A stretch of DNA of 64,000 bases from a phage: assembly GCA_019566135.1 (NCBI GenBank), contig GCA_019566135.1_3044.1, one strand, 5' to 3'. The notes under the pieces are model-generated. The model searched no databases. It saw nothing but the letters and a program-made list of their open reading frames with translations, and was not told the DNA's origin. The position numbers and the translations under genes were made by a program. This document shows, piece after piece, positions 1 through 12,260 of the stretch (positions are counted from its first letter, which is position 1; each line of letters begins with the position of its first letter).

Positions 1-524
<524 letters not shown>

Positions 525-551
525 AATAAAATGGGCCTTGCGGCCCACTCC

Positions 552-1730
552 TTAAAAGTATTTTTTAAAACTCATCATAACTTTATCATCAACATCATTA
601 TCAATCTGTGCTACAAGGTAAGATGACAGCTCTACTTCTTGCGGTGCAGATTGAACATTATCAGAATTAAGATATTCACGAATCCAAGGATATGGATGTT
701 TAACCGGAGCATCGGTAATTGGGCATGGAAGACCACACTGTTTCATACGAGATACAGTTAAGTAATCAATAAAGCTCCACATGCTATTTGTATTTAATCC
801 AGGAACATCGCCATCTTTAAATAAATGAACTGCCCAATCTTTTTCTTGGCGGTTAACTTCCATGAAAATATCAACTGCTTCTTGTTCACACTCTTTGGCA
901 ATTTTAACCCATTCATCACCATCAGTGCCAAGTTGAAGTTGACGAATAATATATTGTGTACCTTTAAGATGAAGCTGCTCATCACGTGCAATGAACTTCA
1001 TAATCTTGGCATTACCTTCCATGATTTCCATGTTCTTATGGAAGTTAAAGGTACATGCGAAAGATACATAAAAACGAATAGCTTCCAATGCGTTGATTAC
1101 GTGCAGGCAGAGGTAAAGAGAGCGCATTAGTTCACGTTTCCAATACATTTCATGCTCTATGGCATCTTCAATAACGTCTTCGTCTGCATTAATTTCTTTT
1201 TGGTATTCGATATCAGCTTTAGCGTTTTCCCAATAACGAGTTTTAATCAGAACATCATCATAATAACGTCCAATGGATTCAGCACGTTTCATAATAGCTT
1301 CATCTAATACAATTTCATCAAATACTTTCGATGGATCAGTATAAAGATTTCGCATGATATGTGTATATGAACGGCTGTGAATAGTTTCACTAAAAGTCCA
1401 CGTAGCAACCCATGTATCAAGGCTTGGGTCTGAAATTAATGACATAAGTACAGCAGACGGCGCACGACCCTGAATGCTATCCAAAAGTGATTGATACTTC
1501 AGGTTATTAGTAAAAATATTTTGCTGATACTGAGGAAGCTTATTAAATTGCGCAGCATCCATCATTAAGTTTACTTCTTCAGGACGCCAGAAAAATGACA
1601 ACTGCTTTTCGGTTAAATCTTCAAAAACTTTATGACGTTGAATATCATAACGCGCAATACCAAGACCTGAACCAAAAAACATAGGTTCTTTTAAAACATC
1701 AACTGGATTTGTATTAAAAACTGTGCTCAT
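552..1730 (-). CDS. nrdB: Ribonucleotide reductase small subunit, uninterrupted (no intron)
   Basis: 392-aa ORF with R2-type ferritin-like motifs; position downstream of nrdA. Confidence 0.9.
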   Translation of the reverse strand: MSTVFNTNPVDVLKEPMFFGSGLGIARYDIQRHKVFEDLTEKQLSFFWRPEEVNLMMDAAQFNKLPQYQQNIFTNNLKYQSLLDSIQGRAPSAVLMSLISDPSLDTWVATWTFSETIHSRSYTHIMRNLYTDPSKVFDEIVLDEAIMKRAESIGRYYDDVLIKTRYWENAKADIEYQKEINADEDVIEDAIEHEMYWKRELMRSLYLCLHVINALEAIRFYVSFACTFNFHKNMEIMEGNAKIMKFIARDEQLHLKGTQYIIRQLQLGTDGDEWVKIAKECEQEAVDIFMEVNRQEKDWAVHLFKDGDVPGLNTNSMWSFIDYLTVSRMKQCGLPCPITDAPVKHPYPWIREYLNSDNVQSAPQEVELSSYLVAQIDNDVDDKVMMSFKKYF

Positions 1731-1781
1731 AAATTTTCCACTTAGTTAATAGATAGTGACTCGTCCATGAGTCAAATTATA

Positions 1782-4046
1782 TCATAATTTACAGGATGAA
1801 CAATCTTCAGCTTTTGGAGTTTCTATTTCATAATCATCAGTACCAGAACCATCACGGGTATTATGATAATAGAAATTTTTTCCGCCAAAATACCAAAAAT
1901 ACAAAAGGTCATCAATCATTATTGACATTGGAACCTTTCCTTTTGGAAAAATCTGTGGGTCATAATATGTATTCGCCGAAGCTGATTGACAAACCCATTT
2001 CAGCATAATAGCTACCTGCGTAAGATAAGGTTTATTACCTTTCTTAGCTAATTTCCATGTATAATCATAGAGGTCTATGTTATGCTCAATATTGGGCACG
2101 ACTTGATTAAAGGAGCCCTCTTTTGATTCTTTAACAGAGACTGGTCCACGTGGAGGCTCGATACCGTTTGTACTGTTAGAAACTTGGGAAGATGACTCAC
2201 ATGGCATAAGTGCTGATAATGTGCTATTACGGATGCCAAAGAGCTTAAGGTCTTCCCGCAGCGACGACCAGTCACAAACGTATTTTGGAGCTGCGATTTG
2301 GTCAATCTTTTTATTGTACCAGTCGATAGGTAATTCGCCTCGAGACCAACGAGTGTCTGAATAATATTCGCAAGGTCCTTTTTCTTTGGCGAGCTTAATG
2401 GATGCTTTAATGAGTCCATACTGTAATCTCTCAAATAGTTCATGTGTTAAATCGTTAGCATCTTCATAAGAAGCAAAGTTACTTGCCAGCCAAGCTGCAT
2501 AGTTAGTAACACCTACACCGAGGTTACGACGCTTTTTAGCTTTTTCTGCTTCAGGAACTGGATATCCTTGGTAATCCAAAAGATTATCAAGAGCACGAAC
2601 TTGGACTTCTGCCAATTCATTAATTTTATCTTGGTCTTGCCAGTCAAAATTATCCAGTACGAATGCAGAGAGAGTACACAATCCAATTTCAGCATCAGGA
2701 CTATTCACATCATTTGTTGGAATAGCAATTTCACAGCACAAGTTACTCTGACGAATAGGTGCCTTTTCACGAATAAACGGAGTATAGTTATTCGTATTAT
2801 CAATGAACTGCACATAAATCCTTGCTGTTCCTGAACGTTCAGTCATGAGCAATTCAAATAGTTCACGGGCTTTAATACGCTTTTTACGAATATTAGGGTC
2901 TTTTTCTGCTGCTTCGTATAATTCACGGAAACGGTCTTGGTCTTTAAAATAAGAATAATACAGCTCTCCACCCATTTCATGTGGACTGAACAAAGTAATG
3001 TAATCGTTCTTTCCGAATCGTTCCATCATCAAATCATTCAGCTGAACGCCATAATCCATATGACGAATGCGGTTTTCTTCTACGCCTTTGTTATTTTTCA
3101 AAACGAGAAGATTTTCAACTTCCAAATGCCAAATAGGATAATAAGCAGTAGCAGCGCCGCCACGAATTCCACCCTGTGAGCATGATTTAACAGCAGTCTG
3201 AAAATGTTTCCAAAAAGGAATAACACCAGTATGGCGTACTTCACCCATGCCAATCTTAGAACCTTCGGCACGAATCATACCAACGTTAATACCAATTCCA
3301 GCACGTTTGGAGATATATTCAACAATTGAAGCGGAAGCCTTATTGATAGACTTTAATGAATCACCTGCCTCAATAACAACGCATGAACTAAACTGTCGAG
3401 TCGGAGTACGGCAACCAGCCATAATAGGAGTTGGCAATGAAATCTGTCGAGTAGATACTGCTTCATAAAAACGAATAACGTGTTTTAATCTATCAACAGG
3501 TTCATCTTGATGCAATGCCATTCCAATAGTCATAAATGCAAACTGTGGAGTTTCATAAATTTGACCGGTGGTTTTATCTTTAACTAGATATTTTTCTTTT
3601 AATTGCATCGCCCCGGAATAAGTAAATTCCATATCCCGCTCGTGCTTAATTTTTGATTCTAAAAATGTAATTTCTTCTGCTGAATATTTTGACAATAATT
3701 CAGGGTCGTATTTACCTTCATTTACGCAATAAGAAATATGGTCAATAAATGAACGTGGTTCATATTGTCCGTAAACATGCTTACGAAGAGCGAACATTAA
3801 ACAACGTGCAGCTACATATTGATAATCAGGCTCTTCAACCGAAATAGAATTCGCAGCAGCCTTAATGACAATAGTCTGAATATCATCAGTTGTCATTCCA
3901 TCACGGAGATAAGATTTAATATTTTCATATAATTCATAAGGATCTACTGATGTTCCTTCAGCTGCCCAAGATAAAACTTTAATAATTTTTTGTGGGTCAA
4001 AGCTCTGAGAAACACCACTACTTTTGATAACATTAATTAATTGCAT
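1782..4046 (-). CDS. nrdA: Ribonucleotide reductase large subunit
   Basis: 754 aa, same length as T4 NrdA; class I RNR motifs; C-terminal CSSCKL. Confidence 0.93.
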   Translation of the reverse strand: MQLINVIKSSGVSQSFDPQKIIKVLSWAAEGTSVDPYELYENIKSYLRDGMTTDDIQTIVIKAAANSISVEEPDYQYVAARCLMFALRKHVYGQYEPRSFIDHISYCVNEGKYDPELLSKYSAEEITFLESKIKHERDMEFTYSGAMQLKEKYLVKDKTTGQIYETPQFAFMTIGMALHQDEPVDRLKHVIRFYEAVSTRQISLPTPIMAGCRTPTRQFSSCVVIEAGDSLKSINKASASIVEYISKRAGIGINVGMIRAEGSKIGMGEVRHTGVIPFWKHFQTAVKSCSQGGIRGGAATAYYPIWHLEVENLLVLKNNKGVEENRIRHMDYGVQLNDLMMERFGKNDYITLFSPHEMGGELYYSYFKDQDRFRELYEAAEKDPNIRKKRIKARELFELLMTERSGTARIYVQFIDNTNNYTPFIREKAPIRQSNLCCEIAIPTNDVNSPDAEIGLCTLSAFVLDNFDWQDQDKINELAEVQVRALDNLLDYQGYPVPEAEKAKKRRNLGVGVTNYAAWLASNFASYEDANDLTHELFERLQYGLIKASIKLAKEKGPCEYYSDTRWSRGELPIDWYNKKIDQIAAPKYVCDWSSLREDLKLFGIRNSTLSALMPCESSSQVSNSTNGIEPPRGPVSVKESKEGSFNQVVPNIEHNIDLYDYTWKLAKKGNKPYLTQVAIMLKWVCQSASANTYYDPQIFPKGKVPMSIMIDDLLYFWYFGGKNFYYHNTRDGSGTDDYEIETPKAEDCSSCKL

Positions 4047-4363
4047 AAGTCCTCAACTTGAAAATCGTCTTTAAACAATCGGTTAACTATATGAGCTATT
4101 ATATCACCATGACACGGCTTTGGTTTACATGTGCATCCTAGCCTCATTCCACGTAAAGGCTCTAAATGTGCTTTAGTTATTTCTCCGGATTTAATTCGAC
4201 GTATAAAATCTTTTTTGAATAATTCAATGGCAGCCTCCCGGCTGCCAGCATCTTTACCGACGTAATTTCCCCAAAATGTACCACGGTGAATATTAACATC
4301 AAAGTCGGATTTATATTTATTCACTACCCGGCATAGACGGCCCGCGCGGTTGTAGGTGTTCAT
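4037..4363 (-). CDS. Hypothetical protein, DUF4326-like (nrdA.1 position)
   Basis: 108 aa; WGNY...[12 protein letters not shown] pattern resembles the DUF4326 family; overlaps neighbours. Confidence 0.55.
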   Translation of the reverse strand: MNTYNRAGRLCRVVNKYKSDFDVNIHRGTFWGNYVGKDAGSREAAIELFKKDFIRRIKSGEITKAHLEPLRGMRLGCTCKPKPCHGDIIAHIVNRLFKDDFQVEDLCN

Positions 4364-4592
4364 ATTGTTCTTCCGTTAAAACAGTAATATCGTAGTAACA
4401 GTCAGAAGAAGTTTTAACTGTGGAAATTTTATTATCAAAATACTCACGAGTCATTTTATGAGTATAGTATTTTTTACCATAAATGGTAATAGGCTGTTCT
4501 GGTCCTGGAACTTCTAACTCGCTTGGGTTAGGAAGTGTAAAAAGAACAACGCCAGAAGTATCTTTAAATCGTAAAATCATACATCCTCGCAA
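4317..4592 (-). CDS. Hypothetical protein (nrdA.2 position)
   Basis: 91-aa ORF between td and nrdA; start uncertain. Confidence 0.45.
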   Translation of the reverse strand: MRGCMILRFKDTSGVVLFTLPNPSELEVPGPEQPITIYGKKYYTHKMTREYFDNKISTVKTSSDCYYDITVLTEEQYEHLQPRGPSMPGSE

Positions 4593-4600
4593 TAATAAAA

Positions 4601-5461
4601 TTACACCGCCATTTTTCCTTTAATTGGCAGATGAGATACATAGTTGTTAAGAACAAAATTATGAGGCTTTGCAAATTGACTCAACCAAAATACCTGCGAT
4701 TCTGTGTCCCATTCATCAAATTCATCTGGAAATTTTAATTGTAATTCGCATAAATCCATAGGTTCACGACGTAAAATTTCTTTACATTGTTCTACGTGAT
4801 TCATATAGATATGAGTATTACCACCAGAAAATATCAAATCTCCAGGAATAAGATTACACATTTTAGCTACAATATGAACTAACGTAGCATATGATGCAAT
4901 ATTAAATGGAAGACCGAGGAAAACATCTACCGAACGTTGATACCACTGCAAATCTAAATAGCCATTACGCACATTAAACTGATAGAACATATGACAAGGC
5001 GGTAATGCCATATATTTAAGTTCAGCTGGATTCCACGCAGAAACAATTTGACGCCTATCATTTGGCAGTTTTTTAATACGATCAATAACTTTTATAATTT
5101 GATCTACACCGCCAAAATCACGCCACTGTTTTCCATAAATTGGACCAAGTTCACCGCTATGGTATCCTAAATCTTTTGCTTGATTTTCGTAATTTTCATC
5201 CCAGACTGTTTTGCCTTGAATTAATGAATCATGTTGAATTAATCGCAAATCATTGACATTTGTGCTTCCTGATAAAAACCATATTAGCTCAGCAATGCAT
5301 GCATTCCAGGCGAGCTTCTTAGTTGTTACTGCAGGAAAACCTTTGGTTAAATCCCAACGCAATTTAGTACCGAACAAAGCAATTGTTCCTGTGCCCGTTC
5401 GGTCATCGGTTTCATAGCCATTTTCAAAAATGTCTTTAATTAAATCTTGGTATTGTTTCAT
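4601..5461 (-). CDS. td: Thymidylate synthase, uninterrupted (no group I intron, no I-TevI)
   Basis: 286 aa; [17 protein letters not shown]... matches T4 Td as remembered; one contiguous frame. Confidence 0.95.
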   Translation of the reverse strand: MKQYQDLIKDIFENGYETDDRTGTGTIALFGTKLRWDLTKGFPAVTTKKLAWNACIAELIWFLSGSTNVNDLRLIQHDSLIQGKTVWDENYENQAKDLGYHSGELGPIYGKQWRDFGGVDQIIKVIDRIKKLPNDRRQIVSAWNPAELKYMALPPCHMFYQFNVRNGYLDLQWYQRSVDVFLGLPFNIASYATLVHIVAKMCNLIPGDLIFSGGNTHIYMNHVEQCKEILRREPMDLCELQLKFPDEFDEWDTESQVFWLSQFAKPHNFVLNNYVSHLPIKGKMAV

Positions 5462-5506
5462 TTAGTACCTTATATAAATTATAATACATTTTATGAAGCT
5501 AAATAA

Positions 5507-6699
<1,193 letters not shown>

Positions 6700-6703
<4 letters not shown>

Positions 6704-7059
6704 ATTACCTCCCACTGAAAGGGGCCAGAAGCAAATACGCTATCTTTAATCATTTTAACTAAAGTTACCATTCCTCTGTTAACTGCTTGTGCAATTTCAT
6801 CAAAAACTTCATCACTATCACCATAAAGATCGCTAAAAAGTTCTAACACATTCTTCTGAACTTTTAATTTACAGCCAACAAATTCGCCTACAGTAAATTC
6901 GTTTCCGCCAACTCCAGCGTAAAACGTAATTACACCAGTTAATGGTCTTTCACTAGAACATAGGTCGTGTGATAAATTAATATAAGACGTCCCGGGTACA
7001 GTTTTAAGTTGGCAACGAATACTTACTCGAGCAATTCCAGCTACATGAATGTCAGACAT
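6700..7059 (-). CDS. Hypothetical protein (119 aa)
   Basis: ORF, translationally coupled to neighbour. Confidence 0.5.
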
Positions 7060-7069
7060 AATATTTTCC

Positions 7070-7312
7070 TCAAATAGACTTTTTCACAATTTTCCAATCA
7101 GCTTTAAACTGATCAACATCAGAATGGTAAATCCAGAATCCTGCGCTTTCTCCGTCTTCATAAAGAGGACATCCATCGCATTCATCTTCCCATCCCATAT
7201 CACGTAAAAGATGTTCAGCTTTTTCAATAAGTTCAGAATCTTTACCGATGATATTAAAATACCATTTACCTCTAACTTCTGAATCTTTGATGCTCTGGCG
7301 TTGTAATCTCAT
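7070..7312 (-). CDS. Hypothetical protein (80 aa from ATG 7312)
   Basis: ATG 7312 preceded by GAGGAGA; the track's N-terminal extension runs through the promoter. Confidence 0.5.
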   Translation of the reverse strand: MRLQRQSIKDSEVRGKWYFNIIGKDSELIEKAEHLLRDMGWEDECDGCPLYEDGESAGFWIYHSDVDQFKADWKIVKKSI

Positions 7313-7338
7313 TTTATTCTCCTCAAGTTGATAGGGTA

Positions 7339-7368
7339 ATAGTATCACACTACTACCCTGTTGTAAAC
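7339..7368 (-). promoter_or_regulatory. T4-type early promoter (-35 GTTTAC 7368..7363, -10 TGaTACTAT 7347..7339)
   Basis: Conserved early-promoter module, 18-nt spacer, A/T-rich upstream element. Confidence 0.6.
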
Positions 7369-7370
7369 AA

Positions 7371-7631
7371 TTATTTTTGAATTTTATCGAGCCACTTACC
7401 AAGCTTAATCATTTCTTTAGTAGCCTTTTCCATACTTCTGAACTTAACCAATAGAGGATAGGTATCGACACCCATAACTAAACTGGTTACAAGACTGTGT
7501 TCACCCACAAGCCATAACGAATACGTTTGAATATCGAGTCCGTAATTTCTGTCTTTATGGACCCGTACACCCATCACTTCAAATTTCTCACTAGCTTTTT
7601 CTACCGCATCCAGGAAATCATCTTTAGTCAT
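7371..7631 (-). CDS. Hypothetical protein (86 aa from ATG 7631)
   Basis: ORF; ATG 7631 with AAGG SD; longer ATG 7673 start would overlap upstream gene. Confidence 0.45.
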   Translation of the reverse strand: MTKDDFLDAVEKASEKFEVMGVRVHKDRNYGLDIQTYSLWLVGEHSLVTSLVMGVDTYPLLVKFRSMEKATKEMIKLGKWLDKIQK

Positions 7632-7632
7632 A

Positions 7633-8019
7633 TTAGGCCTTAAAAGTTTTTCGCAAAAGTTCAATGATTTCATCTACATTGTTTTCGTCAACAATGCAGT
7701 GAATTTTTGTTACGCCAGAAACTATACCTTCATTAGCGGATTGAGGCTTTTCTAAAGTTACCTCAGTAAAGTATTTGAATTCTTCAGGGTAAATCTCAAA
7801 ATACGTCTCAAGTGGGCCACCCGCCATGTATTCAGTACCATCTTCCATAGTTACACGTACCACACATTCACCAGCACAATCATCACTTTCCATTTCATCT
7901 ACAACAAAACTAGGTCCGTGCTTCTCTATTAAATTTAGCATCATTACATTGCAACGGCACTCGTTAGCAAAGTCATTTTTAAATAAAGGGTTAATGATAT
8001 AAGTTTTTCCAACTTCCAC
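7633..8019 (-). CDS. Hypothetical protein (128 aa, GTG start)
   Basis: GTG at 8019 preceded by GAGGA; protein-like composition. Confidence 0.45.
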   Translation of the reverse strand: MEVGKTYIINPLFKNDFANECRCNVMMLNLIEKHGPSFVVDEMESDDCAGECVVRVTMEDGTEYMAGGPLETYFEIYPEEFKYFTEVTLEKPQSANEGIVSGVTKIHCIVDENNVDEIIELLRKTFKA

Positions 8020-8065
8020 TTTGATTTCCTCATTTTAACGGGGCTATCAAATAGCCCCTTGATAA

Positions 8066-8296
8066 TTATTGTTCAATCAGTCCCATGTAAAATTCTGCGT
8101 CTTCAGAATCCATGCCATCGCAATATTCATTAGCCATAAAGCGGGTAAGGTCTTCAAGAGGACCTTCAATGACAATAGAAAAATTGCAATAATTGGGATC
8201 ATCATGAATACTTGTGATACTAAGTTCAGGATAACGATTACGAATAATCTCTTCAATATATTCAAAATCAACGATGTCAATATCAACTTTAGCCAT
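8066..8296 (-). CDS. Hypothetical acidic protein (76 aa from ATG 8296)
   Basis: ATG 8296 lies downstream of the early promoter at 8340-8369. Confidence 0.5.
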   Translation of the reverse strand: MAKVDIDIVDFEYIEEIIRNRYPELSITSIHDDPNYCNFSIVIEGPLEDLTRFMANEYCDGMDSEDAEFYMGLIEQ

Positions 8297-8339
8297 ATTA
8301 TTTTCCTCTTTGATCATCAGCAGTATTGCCGATAGTTGT

Positions 8340-8369
8340 ATAGTACCATGGAAGGACAAGGATGTAAAC
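8340..8369 (-). promoter_or_regulatory. T4-type early promoter (-35 GTTTAC 8369..8364, -10 TGgTACTAT)
   Basis: Same conserved module; follows the gene 32 terminator (PeSL-type cassette). Confidence 0.65.
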
Positions 8370-8390
8370 AGTTTTGTGAAAAAATTTTTG

Positions 8391-8419
8391 AAATAAAAAA
8401 GGGGACCTCTAGGGTCCCC
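8391..8419 (-). terminator. Rho-independent terminator after gene 32
   Basis: RNA hairpin GGGGACC-CUAGA-GGUCCCC followed by UUUUUUAUUU. Confidence 0.7.
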
Positions 8420-8442
8420 AATTAATTAGTAATTATAATCTA

Positions 8443-9348
8443 TTAAAGGTCATTCAAAAGGTCATCCAGGTCCGTGTCATCAGCACTAGATGAACTACCA
8501 GAGCTTGAGCTCATAAAATCATCTTCAGTTTTTGTATTGAAGTCATCAACATTGAATGCATCCAAATCATCAGCAACTTTATCAGCTTTCTTAGCAGCAG
8601 TTGCAGCGGCACCGCCCATCACAGCAGTTCCCATAACTTGACCGAATTTAGTATTCAGTTCTTCAAATGATTTGAATTTATCTTTAGAAGTCATTTCAGA
8701 AAGGTCAACCATTTGTTCGAACAGTTCTTTCTGGAAAGATTCATCATCAATGTTTGGAATCGCAGATTGATTCAGGAATTTAGATTCGTCGTAGTTACTA
8801 AAACCAGAAACTTGTTTAACTTTCAGTACAAAGTTAGCACCTTCCCACGGACAAGTTACATCAACCGGAGTTTCACCCATTTCAACATCAACTGCAATCA
8901 TTGCATTGATTTTATCCCAGATTTTCTTACCGAAACGGTATTTAAATACTTTACCTTCATTTTCTGGAGCAGCTGGGTCTTTTACAACAAGAATATTAGC
9001 CCAGTAAGAAGTTTTACGTTTAACAAGACTGTACTCTTTATTGTCAGTGTTGTACAGATCATTTTTACTGATGTATTGACATACTGGGCAAGAATCGTAA
9101 TCACCATGGGTAGATGAACATGTTTCAATATACCATTTACCATTTTTCTTGAAACCGTGATTTACAAGAATTGCGAATGGTGCTTGTTCATCATTTTTAG
9201 ACGGAAGAAAACGAATTACTGCTTGACCGTTACCCGCATTATCGAGTTTCAGTTTCCACTCGCCTTTATCTTCAGAAGAAAAACCTTTATTGCCATTCAG
9301 TTTAGCCATTTGCGCAGCAAGTTCAGCAGTAGATTTACGTTTAAACAT
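8443..9348 (-). CDS. 32: Single-stranded DNA-binding protein gp32
   Basis: 301 aa; [23 protein letters not shown]... matches T4 gp32 as remembered; acidic C-terminus. Confidence 0.95.
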
Positions 9349-9405
9349 TTTATTTCCTTTTTAACTTAATTTAATTAACAGTTGGTGCTATGACACTTTA
9401 CCTCA
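9349..9405 (-). promoter_or_regulatory. Gene 32 translational operator (A/U-rich UUAAA-repeat leader with upstream structured region)
   Basis: Leader reads ...GUGUCAUAGCACCAACUGUUAAUUAAAUUAAGUUAAAAAGGAAAUAAAAUG, close to the T4 operator as I recall it. Confidence 0.5.
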
Positions 9406-10035
9406 TAGCTGGCATAATTTGCAATACTCTGGGTCTTCGAGAGGTATCCAACCTGAGTTGAAATACTTTACCATCGATTTAGCAGTTGTATCAGTTATAT
9501 TTATATTACCTTTAACTCTTCGCCATCCAGGAGTTTTACCGTACAGATTAGAGGATAATAATAACACATAATTCTCGTAAGCAATATGAGATAATTTCCA
9601 AGACTCTATATTAGCTCGTGATGTTTTCCAAGGTCTAAAATCGTCACGGTTCATATAATTAGCCAATCTCATATGCTCTCTAACTTCCGGGTCTTTGGCT
9701 GGATGAGTTTCACCACTCACACCAAATCCACCACCAGCATATACCAGATTAAAATAGTCTGGATTATCTCTGGCATTTACTTCAAGTTGGTATTTTCGTT
9801 CTGCTTCAATAACATCCAAGTCATCATCAATTTGAATTATTTTAACGCTCGGTTTTTGAAGCATTAGCGCATTCAAAAATCTTTTTTGTTTACATGAGCT
9901 CCAGTATTCCTTTCCGGAAGAGTCATATATTATTCCGTTCTCAAATGAGCAATTTAATTTACTACCGATATAGTAGTACGGTGGAGTCTTATTTTTGACA
10001 CGGTCTTCAAATGTAAACCAATATACTATATTCAT
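9403..10035 (-). CDS. GIY-YIG-type homing-endonuclease-like protein (SegG-like by position between 32 and 59)
   Basis: 210 aa; N-terminal IVYWFTF...YYYIGSK resembles a GIY...YIG motif; sits where I recall T4 segG. Confidence 0.55.
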   Translation of the reverse strand: MNIVYWFTFEDRVKNKTPPYYYIGSKLNCSFENGIIYDSSGKEYWSSCKQKRFLNALMLQKPSVKIIQIDDDLDVIEAERKYQLEVNARDNPDYFNLVYAGGGFGVSGETHPAKDPEVREHMRLANYMNRDDFRPWKTSRANIESWKLSHIAYENYVLLLSSNLYGKTPGWRRVKGNINITDTTAKSMVKYFNSGWIPLEDPEYCKLCQL

Positions 10036-10036
10036 A

Positions 10037-10690
10037 TCAATACTTGCAAGATTTCACAGTTTCAATGAAAACACTTTTAGCTTTCTGTGAATCAATATTT
10101 AAAATTTTTCTATAAGCCTTTAACTTTATAGAATAATTATTCCAGACTAAATTATCAGTCTGTTCATCATGTTTATCAATTATATTTAAAAACGAATCAA
10201 GCAAGATAAACGTCTCAAACGAAATTATATTCGATTGAAGTAGTTTAAAAATATAACTTGATTGAACTTTTGGATTATACTCAAAGATTTCTTTAAAAGC
10301 AGAAACTTCAACTTTTTTACTAAAATAGTAAATATTGCGAATATCTTCTTCAAACTTAAATTTAATTTGTTTTAAGCGTCCGATATATTCACGATAAAAC
10401 ACAAGTGCATCAGCGTCAGAGATGTCACCAATCCAAGCATCTTGGTTAGCAACAAGATTGCTTATAAAAATTAAAGCAAGTTCCTTTAATTTATATTTTT
10501 CTGATAACTTCTGGAAAAAATACTTATCCCTTCGCTTTTGATAAGCGGCATCAGACACCCGCATGCACCAATTATACTTAATAACATCATACTTTCCATT
10601 CATATGTTGTTTTATCATTAAGTATAATTTATAAACTGATTTACCATCAATATATCTTTCACCACCAGCAGGCATGCGGAGTTTAATCAT
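10037..10690 (-). CDS. 59: Helicase loader gp59
   Basis: 217 aa; MIKLRMPAGGERYIDGKSVYKLYLMIKQHMNGKYD... matches T4 gp59. Confidence 0.92.
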   Translation of the reverse strand: MIKLRMPAGGERYIDGKSVYKLYLMIKQHMNGKYDVIKYNWCMRVSDAAYQKRRDKYFFQKLSEKYKLKELALIFISNLVANQDAWIGDISDADALVFYREYIGRLKQIKFKFEEDIRNIYYFSKKVEVSAFKEIFEYNPKVQSSYIFKLLQSNIISFETFILLDSFLNIIDKHDEQTDNLVWNNYSIKLKAYRKILNIDSQKAKSVFIETVKSCKY

Positions 10691-11034
10691 AGTAGAAAAT
10701 CTAATGTATTAGTTTTTTCACAACGAACAACAGAAGGACGTAAAAGATTTTCGTCAATAGCTTCTGACTGAATTTTTTCAATTATACCCGAAGGAATAAA
10801 TTTAGCAAATTGAGTTTCAGGAATAGAATTTTCTTCCAAGAATGCTGTCGTAGCTTCAAGATAACTCATTCCAAACTCTTCTACCATTTTTTCAATAATA
10901 AATCCATTTTCTTGACGATCAAGAAGCTTTGCTATTTCATCCTTTTCTTTCTTGATTGAAAGTTCTTTTTCTGAAAGACCGGTCTCATCGACCGGGCGAA
11001 TATCATTTAGAGAAAACTGTGTCATAAAGTTCAA
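10687..11034 (-). CDS. 33: Late-transcription accessory protein gp33
   Basis: 115 aa, acidic; conserved 59-33-dsbA order. Confidence 0.85.
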   Translation of the reverse strand: MNFMTQFSLNDIRPVDETGLSEKELSIKKEKDEIAKLLDRQENGFIIEKMVEEFGMSYLEATTAFLEENSIPETQFAKFIPSGIIEKIQSEAIDENLLRPSVVRCEKTNTLDFLL

Positions 11035-11272
11035 CTACCTCTTCGGTTTCAGCTTCAAACACATCACGGTTATCTTTATGATATAGAGCCAAAAGACGAT
11101 TAAACATCTTACCATCAACGCCAAGTTCATCTTTGGCACGAATTCGAATATCTTTAATCAATTCATTATAACCGGAAATTTTCAGTTTATGATCAGATGC
11201 TTCTTTAATAAATTTAGCCAAGTCTTCGCCATGGATAGCTTCATCAAATTCAACCATTTCTTTTTTAGCCAT
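11003..11272 (-). CDS. dsbA: dsDNA-binding protein DsbA
   Basis: 89 aa; position between 33 and rnh. Confidence 0.8.
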   Translation of the reverse strand: MAKKEMVEFDEAIHGEDLAKFIKEASDHKLKISGYNELIKDIRIRAKDELGVDGKMFNRLLALYHKDNRDVFEAETEEVVELYDTVFSK

Positions 11273-11280
11273 TATTCACC

Positions 11281-12198
11281 TCAAAATTCATTAATGCTAT
11301 TAGTTAATTTAGAAAGACCCGCTTTTACAAAATATGAATAAATTTTGCCACGCGGTGGTAATTTATATGAATTATAGTAATTCACAATGTTTGAAGCAAT
11401 ATTATCAGGAATATAATCAAAATCAATTAGAACTAAATTTTCTTTATAACGATTATATTCAGATTCTGTGAGAAGCACCTTAGCTTGCTCACGGTCATTA
11501 GCAATAGCTTCAACGATTGAAGTTTTCATTGAAGGAGTTCGTTCACCTTCAACTTTGGTAAACCAAAAGTCAGATCGTACTTTAACTGAAGCAACGTTAT
11601 CCTTTTTATCGCCTTTAAGGATTTTAGTCATACAGTCAATTTCAGCAGAACCGCTTTTAATTTTAACCCATTTCTTGTGCATCGGTGACCATTGCTTAAC
11701 ATTTGGGTATTTGTGAAGTTGAGTAAAGTCACCATCCGATGAAATGATTAAAATCTTGTGTCCTTCTAAAGAGAACTTTTTAACAAGAACAGCAATGTGG
11801 TCATCTGCTTCATACTTATCAATATCCATAACAATGTATGGCATATAAGCTTTCAATTCATCTATAACTTTGTGGCTGGATTCAAAATAACCTTCCCAGT
11901 CCCAAGTCGATTCTTCTCGTGCTTTTCCACGGTTTTTCTTATAATAATACGCGAAATCACGACGCCAGTATCCAGATTTCGCGTTATCAATACACAATAC
12001 AATTTTAGTGTATCCAAGAGTTTTTGCTTTTTTGACATTAAACTTAATTGAGTTCAATATCAAATGACGAACCATTGATAAATTAATTTTTTCTTTATCT
12101 GGGAAGTTTACTAAAGCAGTTGAAAGCGCAATTTGACTAAAGTCAATAAAGCAAATTCCTTCTTTGTAATCTTCATCCAACATCATTTCTAAATCCAT
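11281..12198 (-). CDS. rnh: RNase H (5'-3' exonuclease), 305 aa from ATG 12198
   Basis: MDLEMMLDEDYKEGICFIDF... matches T4 RNase H; track start 12213 is TTG. Confidence 0.92.
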   Translation of the reverse strand: MDLEMMLDEDYKEGICFIDFSQIALSTALVNFPDKEKINLSMVRHLILNSIKFNVKKAKTLGYTKIVLCIDNAKSGYWRRDFAYYYKKNRGKAREESTWDWEGYFESSHKVIDELKAYMPYIVMDIDKYEADDHIAVLVKKFSLEGHKILIISSDGDFTQLHKYPNVKQWSPMHKKWVKIKSGSAEIDCMTKILKGDKKDNVASVKVRSDFWFTKVEGERTPSMKTSIVEAIANDREQAKVLLTESEYNRYKENLVLIDFDYIPDNIASNIVNYYNSYKLPPRGKIYSYFVKAGLSKLTNSINEF

Positions 12199-12227
12199 AT
12201 GAACCTCGTTCAATTAGTGAGATTTCT

Positions 12228-12257
12228 ATTATATACCATCCAAATCTTAAAGTAAAC
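12228..12257 (-). promoter_or_regulatory. Early promoter for rnh (-35 GTTTAC 12257..12252, -10 TATAAT 12233..12228)
   Basis: 18-nt spacer; diverges from the gene 34 late promoter. Confidence 0.55.
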
Positions 12258-12260
12258 AAG

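Noticed and set aside
825-1130. Plus-strand ORFs embedded antisense in conserved minus-strand genes (for example 825..1130 in nrdB, 2568..2834 and 2937..3179 in nrdA, 8713..9117 in gene 32, 11468..11716 in rnh, 33811..34063 in rIIA, 35063..35308 in gene 39, 62413..62634 in gene 44)
   Set aside because: No SD, fully overlapped by well-supported genes on the other strand, AT-rich low-complexity translations; antisense frames expected by chance.
552-5461. Group I introns or intron-encoded endonucleases in nrdB and td
   Set aside because: Both genes are single uninterrupted frames of full length; no intron is present.
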